Shown here piece after piece: positions 34,951 through 41,781 of a stretch of DNA of 41,781 nucleotides. Positions within the stretch are counted from its first letter, which is position 1. Each line of letters begins with the position of its first letter. This DNA is from a virus (taxonomy: Duplodnaviria; Caudoviricetes), in the IMG/VR virus record IMGVR_UViG_3300049854_000029, positions 1 through 41,781 of that record. The stretch is one strand, 5' to 3'. A program made the position numbers and the translations under genes. The notes under the pieces are model-generated. The model was not told the origin of the DNA. It worked only from the letters and a program-made list of their open reading frames with translations, and did not search any database.

Positions 34951-35934
34951 CTATAAATGTGATTTGCCTTCTCTGTACTCGGTCACCATGTCAGCAACCG
35001 TCTCTTCCAAAGGTCTCTCTGGCACCCAGTGGACCAGGCTCTTAAGTCTGGTGTTGTCCACAGCTCGCCTTGCGTGCCCGTCTGGGTACTTGGTGTCAAA
35101 CCCGATTTTCAAGTCAGGTTTGCCGCACTCGTCTACAATCATGCGGCCCAAGTCCCCCATACTGATTTCTCTGTCATGCCCAATGTTTATAGGCCTTGCA
35201 TCTTGAGCGTCCGGGCACTCAGCCAACTTAACCAGGCCAAGAGCCAGGTCACGCGCATCCACAAAGCATCTCGTCTGGTTCCCAGTGCCCCACACCTTCA
35301 AAGGATCTTCTCCGTCCATGACGCGCCGGATAAGCCCTGGAATAACGTGGCTAGAGTCTCTGTCAAAATAGTCTCTCGGCCCACACGCATTTGAAAACCT
35401 GGTCACAACCACAGGAACCTTCAACTCTCTCCACAAGAACTCCCCTTGTTTCTCTAAGATTCCTTTGGCCAGGCCGTAGCCTTCGTTGGTCTCTTCCGGG
35501 TGAAGAGGCCAGCCCCAGTCTTCTTTGGTTGGAATAAGGACGTTGTGAGGGTACACGCACACTGTTGAGCACAAGACCGCCAACTGTGGCGGATACTTTT
35601 GCATGGACTCAATCAAGTTTGTGTTTATCCTTAAATTGTCTTGCAGCATGCCCAGATGATCTTTCCGGTTCATGTGAATATTCGTCACCCGGGCAGCCGT
35701 ATGAAAGACAATCTTTCCTTCAATCTGGTCTAGCTGCTCTTCTGCCAGGTCAACCACCTCCACCTTCAAAGACCCTGTTTCCATGGTGTCTTGCACATTT
35801 TCCATGTGCCCACGGCTCAAGTTGTCATACACCTGAACATTGGCACCGTACCCCACCAGAAGGTCCACCAAATGGCTCCCAATAAACCCGCACCCGCCAG
35901 TAACAACCACCTCTTCACGTTTCCAGTCGATCAT
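34951..35934 (-). CDS. NAD(P)-dependent nucleotide-sugar epimerase/reductase (GDP-L-fucose synthase / GDP-mannose 3,5-epimerase-like)
   Basis: TGGCGFIG, catalytic YGLAK, SSHVIPGLIRR, VWGTGNQTRCF. Confidence 0.9.
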   Translation of the reverse strand: MIDWKREEVVVTGGCGFIGSHLVDLLVGYGANVQVYDNLSRGHMENVQDTMETGSLKVEVVDLAEEQLDQIEGKIVFHTAARVTNIHMNRKDHLGMLQDNLRINTNLIESMQKYPPQLAVLCSTVCVYPHNVLIPTKEDWGWPLHPEETNEGYGLAKGILEKQGEFLWRELKVPVVVTRFSNACGPRDYFDRDSSHVIPGLIRRVMDGEDPLKVWGTGNQTRCFVDARDLALGLVKLAECPDAQDARPINIGHDREISMGDLGRMIVDECGKPDLKIGFDTKYPDGHARRAVDNTRLKSLVHWVPERPLEETVADMVTEYREGKSHL

Positions 35935-35941
35935 TGTCTCC

Positions 35942-37399
35942 TCACACTCTCCCCACCACATACGAATGCCTGCGCGGAGGTAACGGTCTGTGTTGATAAA
36001 CTTCAGGTTCAGACATGCAGATGTACCGCACCAAATCGAAGTGGTCCTTGTACGGGCTCAGGCGTTCCGGTTGCATCTTCTCGTCTCTGCGCCATCTTTG
36101 TAGGGACCTGATAATGTTCCGGCACCTCTCCTTAACTAGAAGCTTCGGGCTGTTCGATGGGCCCAGGGGCTGCTTCTTGTCGTACCTCAGATACGCTTTT
36201 ACCTTGTCTATCCCAGTCTCAATCTCTCTGTCTCCTAAGGTGTACGAGTCCTGGAAATCAAACCCCAGATCATCGTTCAACTCCATCTTCAAAGTCTTCC
36301 CCCCATAGCTCCTCTGGCTCGCTCCGTGCCGGTCCACTATGCGCCATTCCATGTGCCTGCCATATTCCACGTTTCTCATGATCTCTATATAGTCTCTGGT
36401 CGTGTACACCGTCTCCCTAGACTTAGAGAAGTCTGTCTCTGGGTACTCTGTGTCAATGACAATCTGCCCTTTTGTGTCTACCCAGTACCAGCACATAGCC
36501 CACGCTTTCCCAGGGGCCGGGTCTATGACCATGCCCCACTGCGCGTCCGGGGGAGGCTGATAATCGTTCCCCACCACATGAACCGCCTTATCAAAGCTCC
36601 CTGCCAAAATAACCGACGAGAGGTGCATGAACCGTCCCCTTGCCCTGGCTTGCACCTCGTCGTCGTCCATACTCGAGATAAGCAACTGAATCTGGTTATG
36701 GTCTAGCCTGCCTCGTACCCCATGTTCCAGGCAGTTATCTTCAATATCCGCAAATGTGATCCCATAATCCTTATTGGGGGCTTCTACCAGCTCATCTTGT
36801 ATCCAAGCCGAATCCATGAGCGGGGTCATGTAAAATAGGATGATTCCCCCTTCTCTCATTCTGGACAAGGTCGCGTGGAATATCTCTTTAGGAGGCGGCT
36901 CGTCAAAGCATGCCACTCCCAATGTCGCCGATTCCCATTCTTTGGTTTCTTGCTGGTACGACATCTTGTCAATCAAGAATCCGTTGTCTGTCTTGTACTG
37001 GCTAATCCACATCTTCCCAGCCTTGATTCCTTCGTATTTCCCTCTGGGCCACCACTTCTGAATCTCGGTATCAATGCTTCCTATAAGCTCTATGTTCTTT
37101 GACTCTGTCCCAATCCGAATCCTTTTGGGATGGGGGAACTTGTCATAGATTGGCATCCCCTGGAAATACTGGTTCTGCGGCCCCCATATGATGTTCCCCA
37201 GAATGTTTGCCAGTAACGCCGTTTTCCCAACCCCGTTCCCTCCAACAAACAAAGAGATGAACTTCTTTCCTTCTCCAACCAGCCGGATGAATTCTTCTTG
37301 TTTGCCGTTCGGGTCAAAGAATTCCCCTTTCCGCTCCTCTTTCCTCTTGTCCAGAAGAGCGTATAGAGCCTTTAACTGTTCCCCTTTGTGCCGGCTCAT
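35942..37399 (-). CDS. terL: Terminase large subunit
   Basis: Walker A GGNGVGKT, Walker B CFDEPP, coupling motif MTP, nuclease IDP and DHFDLVRY. Confidence 0.93.
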   Translation of the reverse strand: MSRHKGEQLKALYALLDKRKEERKGEFFDPNGKQEEFIRLVGEGKKFISLFVGGNGVGKTALLANILGNIIWGPQNQYFQGMPIYDKFPHPKRIRIGTESKNIELIGSIDTEIQKWWPRGKYEGIKAGKMWISQYKTDNGFLIDKMSYQQETKEWESATLGVACFDEPPPKEIFHATLSRMREGGIILFYMTPLMDSAWIQDELVEAPNKDYGITFADIEDNCLEHGVRGRLDHNQIQLLISSMDDDEVQARARGRFMHLSSVILAGSFDKAVHVVGNDYQPPPDAQWGMVIDPAPGKAWAMCWYWVDTKGQIVIDTEYPETDFSKSRETVYTTRDYIEIMRNVEYGRHMEWRIVDRHGASQRSYGGKTLKMELNDDLGFDFQDSYTLGDREIETGIDKVKAYLRYDKKQPLGPSNSPKLLVKERCRNIIRSLQRWRRDEKMQPERLSPYKDHFDLVRYICMSEPEVYQHRPLPPRRHSYVVGRV

Positions 37400-37992
37400 T
37401 CCTTAATCTTTATCTCGAACCCGAACCCTTCCGTGTCTTTTACCTCCACAACCAACCCGCAAAACATCTTCTGTACCCCGTTGTCCCCGTACCACGGATC
37501 AAGCCTCACCAAGTCAAATGTCCCGCCTTCCAAGACGAGCTTCTCTCCAACTTTCCCTTCAGCCTTGAACTTCTCTACCCCGTCTCTCACCTCTTGGGGC
37601 CCCACACCCTTCTTCGACGCCTTCTTCTCAACCACCTTTTCTTCAGCTTCCTTCTCTTTTGCCACCTGTGGCCTCCTTGCCTCTTCCTTAGATTTCTTTT
37701 TCATTGATAACCCTCCGAAAGGGAATTTCTTGATTCGGTACTTCGCAGGCTTCTTCGTCCCAATAATCTGAAATCCATGGTCTTCCCCAGGCATCCAAGA
37801 CATCTGTACAGGCACCCCAAACAGGCTCTCTACCTCCCCATCTACCACCCACCCAGATATCCCTCTAAGTTCCTTGTACGTCTCTCTTTCCAATATAAGC
37901 TTCTGCGGGACGTCGTCTGTCCAGCTCCTTAACGCTTCCCAAATCTCCCTCGCTTCCCACGCTTTTCTCCGCTCCCGTGTCCTCAGGTCCAC
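37396..37992 (-). CDS. Hypothetical protein (possible internal start at 37704)
   Basis: AAGGAGG before GTG at 37992; second GGAGGG before the in-frame ATG at 37704. Confidence 0.6.
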   Translation of the reverse strand: MDLRTRERRKAWEAREIWEALRSWTDDVPQKLILERETYKELRGISGWVVDGEVESLFGVPVQMSWMPGEDHGFQIIGTKKPAKYRIKKFPFGGLSMKKKSKEEARRPQVAKEKEAEEKVVEKKASKKGVGPQEVRDGVEKFKAEGKVGEKLVLEGGTFDLVRLDPWYGDNGVQKMFCGLVVEVKDTEGFGFEIKIKE

Positions 37993-38389
37993 TTAACGCC
38001 TCCTTCATCTCTATGACTTCCCTCACCTTCTCCTCCCCAGTGTCTAACCCCATCTCCTTGATTAGCTTGTACGCCCGCTGTGCAAGCTCCTTGGTACTTA
38101 AGTTCCCCAAATCTACCGACACACTCGTGTTCAGGCTCCTGCTCATCGGCTTTGTGCTCCCATACGCAGCCAAGATCTCCAAAGCCCTTAAGCTGTCCGC
38201 AACCTTAACCCCCTCAGCCCTTCCCATCGCTACCTCTACCAACCTGTGCCTTAAACCTGGACTGTTCAGTACCCCAGTACACCAGTCAACAAACTTCTCC
38301 GCCGCCCCAATATCTGCATCTTCCACAGAGTTTGTAATCAGCGAACTCTTGTACCTCCCCTTCCCACCCTTAATCCCTTTGTTGAACAT
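37865..38389 (-). CDS. Putative terminase small subunit
   Basis: First gene of the late cluster; helical core RALEILAAYG..KP...VDLGNLSTKEL is typical of TerS C-termini. Confidence 0.6.
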   Translation of the reverse strand: MFNKGIKGGKGRYKSSLITNSVEDADIGAAEKFVDWCTGVLNSPGLRHRLVEVAMGRAEGVKVADSLRALEILAAYGSTKPMSRSLNTSVSVDLGNLSTKELAQRAYKLIKEMGLDTGEEKVREVIEMKEALSGPEDTGAEKSVGSEGDLGSVKELDRRRPAEAYIGKRDVQGT

Positions 38390-39158
38390 TGGTACCCTCT
38401 CCCTTGAACCAAGTGAAGGATAGTGAACCTATTCTCGGTTATTTCATATGAATTCCCCTTGTATGGAAAAAATGGAAAGTAGCTTCACTATGGTTCACTT
38501 GCTTCACCCGAAGAGGTTAAAGGAACAAAGTGTGATTAGATGAGTGTGATTGGTCTGAGTGTGACAAGAGACTTTTTGAGAGGGAGATATGGATGGGAAT
38601 AATAATAATAACTATACAGGGATTTACGTTTGACCTACCCCTGGGGGTAGTTAAATTATTTGCTTTACATCTTTTTTACTTCCGATAATAATAAATTCCG
38701 TTAAATATAATCTGATGTTTTCCGTCGGAGAGAGAAGTTATGTGTTTATCTCAGTATAACTGTCACTCAATAGGATTGATAATCAATCACATTCTTTTGA
38801 GAGGAGGGAGATTAAATCTGTTTACATGTGTAGACGGTATTCTCCCAAATTCTCTAATTCCTTGCTCGGTATTGTCTCTCTTTAAGCGTAAGCGTGTATC
38901 ACTACACCTCATATCACACTGTCACACAATCACACACAATCGCATTTGATTGGGATGTAAGTTACTTGGGGTTCTATTTCAACACGCATACGCAGTTTTA
39001 TTGACGATAGCGAGCAAATAAGGAGAGCGGGATATGCAGAGATGGGCGCCCGTTTACGGGCGACTGAGTCTGCAACATCCCGCAACAGTTATAGATAGAG
39101 AAGGTGCACTGGGTTTTCTATTGGTGGGATTCCGCTGCTTTTTTCTTTTGTCAAGTTT

Positions 39159-39338
39159 ACCTATAGTTTAACGGATACGGTTTGTTGTCAACAGTTCCTC
39201 TCGAAGTGTTCAAAGAGGCTCCTACTATCAACCGTGAAGGCGTAACCTTTTCAGAGACGCGCTGATGGCTTTGCTTGGCTCAAAGATCATTTGATAGTCA
39301 CCCAGTAGAGACTACCTCAAAAACTATAGGTTCGTTAC
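39159..39338 (-). ncRNA. Candidate multi-branched structured RNA
   Basis: Starts just after the consensus promoter; closed by the 11-bp stem ACCUAUAGUUU/AAACUAUAGGU; 4 internal hairpins. Confidence 0.5.
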
Positions 39339-39344
39339 CTCTTA

Positions 39345-39374
39345 ATTATAAGGCCGTGCAACAAAGTATGTCAA
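39345..39374 (-). promoter_or_regulatory. Consensus sigma70 promoter
   Basis: TTGACA (39374-39369), 18-bp spacer, TATAAT (39350-39345), pointing into a ~1-kb non-coding region. Confidence 0.75.
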
Positions 39375-39402
39375 GATCTATTTCTTGTCACATCAACGCA
39401 TC

Positions 39403-39639
39403 TTAAAAATTGGCTCCTGGCCGTGGGATCGAACCACGCTTGTACCTGGTTAACAGCCAGGTCCCGTCACCTTGATGGGTAGCCAGGAATTGACAGTGGG
39501 CCGCGCCCGCCCGGTTTAGGTAGGAACCTTCCCCGGTAGCTACTTCCGAACGCAACGCGGTGGCCACTGCCAAATTAGTCATGTCTATACATCTTATAGA
39601 TAAGCCAAACAACTCTGTGGCCCGAGTGACTGTGTGCAA
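39403..39639 (-). CDS. Hypothetical protein (start uncertain)
   Basis: ORF track only. Confidence 0.35.
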   Translation of the reverse strand: MHTVTRATELFGLSIRCIDMTNLAVATALRSEVATGEGSYLNRAGAAHCQFLATHQGDGTWLLTRYKRGSIPRPGANF

Positions 39640-39811
39640 ATCTGGGGAACTTGATCATAACCTGGTCCGCCATGTAAGAAAGCACCTTATGCCTCAGATC
39701 CTTCTTCCTGTTGTCAAAGGCGTACACGCGCCGCATAGAACGCACCAGGATGCCATCCTTGCGCCTGTATCCCCATTTATGGACCATTCCAGCCTGAAAT
39801 GTAGCGTCCAC
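39575..39811 (-). CDS. Basic hypothetical protein
   Basis: ORF track; abuts the upstream stop. Confidence 0.45.
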   Translation of the reverse strand: MDATFQAGMVHKWGYRRKDGILVRSMRRVYAFDNRKKDLRHKVLSYMADQVMIKFPRFAHSHSGHRVVWLIYKMYRHD

Positions 39812-39812
39812 G

Positions 39813-40016
39813 TCAGTTTGATTTGTACATATGGGGCTTTACAACCTGAGGCGTGAACTCTTTGTATACCATGAGCAAATAGACCAGAAGCAGGTTTTTT
39901 AATGAGTGTACGTTGGCTCGCTCAATTAAAGACTTGGACGCAGCCATGCGCTCGTACATCTCTTCGTTTATCTGCAAGCTGTGTAATGTCATCTTTCCCC
40001 CCACATTTTTGTGCAT
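39813..40016 (-). CDS. Hypothetical protein
   Basis: GGAGG RBS. Confidence 0.6.
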   Translation of the reverse strand: MHKNVGGKMTLHSLQINEEMYERMAASKSLIERANVHSLKNLLLVYLLMVYKEFTPQVVKPHMYKSN

Positions 40017-40030
40017 AATCCTCCGACTGA

Positions 40031-40216
40031 TTAGTACTGATTCGCACGGTCCTTACGCATAAAAAGGGCCCACTGTTTCTTCATTTCTTCGTCGTTGGCC
40101 GCCATAATCAAAAACATGCCGATCTCGTGATACGATTTGAACATTCCATTCGAATTGGCCTTCACAATCTTCGCTGACTTGATCACAGATTCGAGAACAT
40201 TCCTTTTGTTACCCAT
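40031..40216 (-). CDS. Hypothetical protein
   Basis: GGGAGGT RBS. Confidence 0.65.
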   Translation of the reverse strand: MGNKRNVLESVIKSAKIVKANSNGMFKSYHEIGMFLIMAANDEEMKKQWALFMRKDRANQY

Positions 40217-40265
40217 GGTTTACCTCCCAGCTAGCAATTTACTAGACCAATGAGGGCAAAAAAAA

Positions 40266-40421
40266 TCATGCCCCGTATTTCTGCCTGTATTGGCTCACTA
40301 ACCATAACAAGAAGTTGGCCACAGAACGCTGCTCCCGCTTCGCAGATACCTCAATCTCAGCCTTCTCTTTCTCCGAAACCTTGATTGTGATCATTTTGTT
40401 CTTGACCTCTTTGTCTTCCAT
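40266..40421 (-). CDS. Ribbon-helix-helix DNA-binding protein (51 aa), probably leaderless
   Basis: Manual translation MEDKEVKNKMITIKVSEKEKAEIEVSAKREQRSVANFLLWLV...; classic RHH pattern. Confidence 0.8.
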   Translation of the reverse strand: MEDKEVKNKMITIKVSEKEKAEIEVSAKREQRSVANFLLWLVSQYRQKYGA

Positions 40422-40427
40422 ACTAAG

Positions 40428-40455
40428 AGTATAGCATGTATATAGCTATTGTCAA
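40428..40455 (-). promoter_or_regulatory. Sigma70 promoter of the RHH gene
   Basis: TTGACA, 16-bp spacer, TATACT with extended TG; ATG lies 7 nt after the -10; ATAGC...GCTAT inverted repeat spans the spacer. Confidence 0.7.
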
Positions 40456-40478
40456 GACAATGATTTGTAAACAAATTG

Positions 40479-40670
40479 TCAAATCCATTTCTCCAATATA
40501 ATGGCTATTTTCTCTCGAACCTCGTCTAATCGCCCCTTTGTGTACGCAGGCGCGTTCATTGAGTAACACTCAGCCCTGAGCTCGCTTTCTAAGATGTCAT
40601 TCTCCCATTCAATGGCCTCATCTAAGACGCGCAATATCTTCCTTGAAAGGGTTACCCTGTCCTCTTTCAT
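40479..40670 (-). CDS. Hypothetical protein
   Basis: ORF track; coupled overlap. Confidence 0.6.
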   Translation of the reverse strand: MKEDRVTLSRKILRVLDEAIEWENDILESELRAECYSMNAPAYTKGRLDEVREKIAIILEKWI

Positions 40671-40861
40671 GGCATCTTCCTGTTGTCCAGCTGCTCCAGA
40701 AGCTTCCTCGCGGTCTCGTTGGCCCGCTCAAGTTGAATGATCAAATCAGTCAGCTTCTGCCAGTGGTTCATGCTGTGAATCGTCGCCCTCTCTTCACTAA
40801 CCCTGATAATGACAGGGCCTCCACAAACCTCGCATTTGTCTATACGCTCAAATTGGGCCAA
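40667..40861 (-). CDS. Small CxxC protein
   Basis: KCEVCGG followed by a coiled coil. Confidence 0.55.
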   Translation of the reverse strand: MAQFERIDKCEVCGGPVIIRVSEERATIHSMNHWQKLTDLIIQLERANETARKLLEQLDNRKMP

Positions 40862-41222
40862 GGTATTCCTCTATCTCAGCTCGGGCTACCCACCAATCAA
40901 AATATACCCCTGTCTTGTACCCTTGAGAATGCAGGAGATTCAGCATCTCATCTTGCATGGGACTCACCCGCCCATTCTTTGACTTTATCTCTAACCAAAA
41001 TCCGTGCCACTCGCCTTTGGGTATACAGAGCACGTAATCGGGCGTCCCCGCTCTTAAACCCTCCAGCTTCTTCTTGTACCCAGCCCGCATTTGACCTGGC
41101 CCCCCAACCCGACCCTCGTTCGGAATGTGGATCAAAAGACGCTGGTCTATCTTTCTCCGGTTGGCTTCAAGAGACCACCAGGTCATGAGTGCAATGGCTT
41201 CTAAGTGTTCAAGGTTTCTCAT
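40848..41222 (-). CDS. VRR-NUC domain nuclease (Holliday junction resolvase-like)
   Basis: HIPNEG, GLRAGTPD, LEIKSKNGRVSPMQ. Confidence 0.9.
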   Translation of the reverse strand: MRNLEHLEAIALMTWWSLEANRRKIDQRLLIHIPNEGRVGGPGQMRAGYKKKLEGLRAGTPDYVLCIPKGEWHGFWLEIKSKNGRVSPMQDEMLNLLHSQGYKTGVYFDWWVARAEIEEYLGPI

Positions 41223-41234
41223 GCCAAGCCTTTA

Positions 41235-41781
41235 TCATAAAGACAACACCTCCTGGGCGAGTCTCTTAACTGCTATCTCACACCATCTTTCTTCTAAGTC
41301 TATCCCGATTGCTTTGCGCCCGAAGATCTTGGCAGCTTCAATAGTTGGCCCACTGCCCATAAATGGGTCAAGGATTGTGTCACCTGGGTTACTGAATAGT
41401 TCTATTTGCTTTGCCATCAGCTCCACTGGCTTAACGGTTGGGTGTTGGTCAGCTCTTGGGATAATCTTTCCTATTCTCCAAACATTAGGAGTCGTGTTCC
41501 CTCCATTCCATCTGTGTGCGGGAGAGCCATTCTGAGCTATTAAGACAAACTCGTAGTTCCTCCTGAAATGTATTCCCATCCCAAGTCCACCTTTGTCCCA
41601 AACCACTGCCTGCTTGAAACCAATGATCTTGTCCATCATCAAGGTCCACTCAGCAAATAAGGGTTTAGGCCCACCGCCGCCACAACAACAACAACATGCG
41701 CCGCCCTTTAGCAATTTGTCTTTTGCAATTCTAAGCATAGCTTCAAACAATACCTTGGACTCATCTTCTCCATCAGTCTGT
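41235..41781 (-). CDS. DNA methyltransferase (beta class), C-terminal part; starts at 339 across the origin
   Basis: HPTVKPVEL; SAM-binding ILDPFMGSG follows DPPY, which is the beta order. Confidence 0.92.
   Translation of the reverse strand, partial: QTDGEDESKVLFEAMLRIAKDKLLKGGACCCCCGGGGPKPLFAEWTLMMDKIIGFKQAVVWDKGGLGMGIHFRRNYEFVLIAQNGSPAHRWNGGNTTPNVWRIGKIIPRADQHPTVKPVELMAKQIELFSNPGDTILDPFMGSGPTIEAAKIFGRKAIGIDLEERWCEIAVKRLAQEVLSL
41655..41781. repeat. Terminal direct repeat copy (identical to 1-127)
   Basis: Exact match. Confidence 0.95.

Noticed and set aside
8348-38423. Numerous + strand ORFs of 60-185 aa across the late region
   Set aside because: They are antisense shadows of well-supported - strand genes and have no motifs or RBS.
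41655-41781. 127-bp terminal repeat as a biological direct terminal repeat
   Set aside because: Its length equals a common assembler k-mer, and it falls mid-gene in the MTase, far from terS.
1-41781. Alternative genetic code (stop-codon reassignment)
   Set aside because: Long genes are intact under code 11, and TAA, TAG and TGA all end genes at sensible coupled junctions.

Overview
The window is an apparently complete, circular temperate tailed-phage genome of about 41,654 bp; bases 1-127 are repeated exactly at 41655-41781, which is most likely assembly overlap. Almost all genes are on the - strand. The morphogenesis order is podovirus-like: TerS, TerL, portal, scaffold, N4-gp56-type major capsid protein, fibre/spike proteins, head-tail adaptor, P22 gp10-like tail hub, three putative ejection proteins, then amidase and holins. 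No tape measure gene is visible. A short + strand block holds a putative RHH repressor, a small membrane peptide, a tyrosine integrase and an attP-like repeat region. Early genes include an SSB-like protein, a PD-(D/E)XK exonuclease, VRR-NUC and a beta-class DNA methyltransferase that spans the contig junction. Four features stand out. (1) The capsid gene is split by a very compact (190 nt) ORF-less group I intron whose P1-P10 pairings can be read from the sequence; splicing restores a 344-aa capsid protein. (2) Four putative virion proteins, including the gp10-like tail hub, begin with textbook Sec-type signal peptides. (3) A glycan-decoration kit (GDP-sugar epimerase/reductase, 4 glycosyltransferases, NodU/CmcH carbamoyltransferase, SAM methyltransferase) is interleaved with the structural genes. 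(4) There are several structured non-coding RNA candidates, including a tRNA-like RNA with an 8/5 acceptor/T fold and a ~100-nt insert. All product calls come from motif recognition by eye; no database searches were run.
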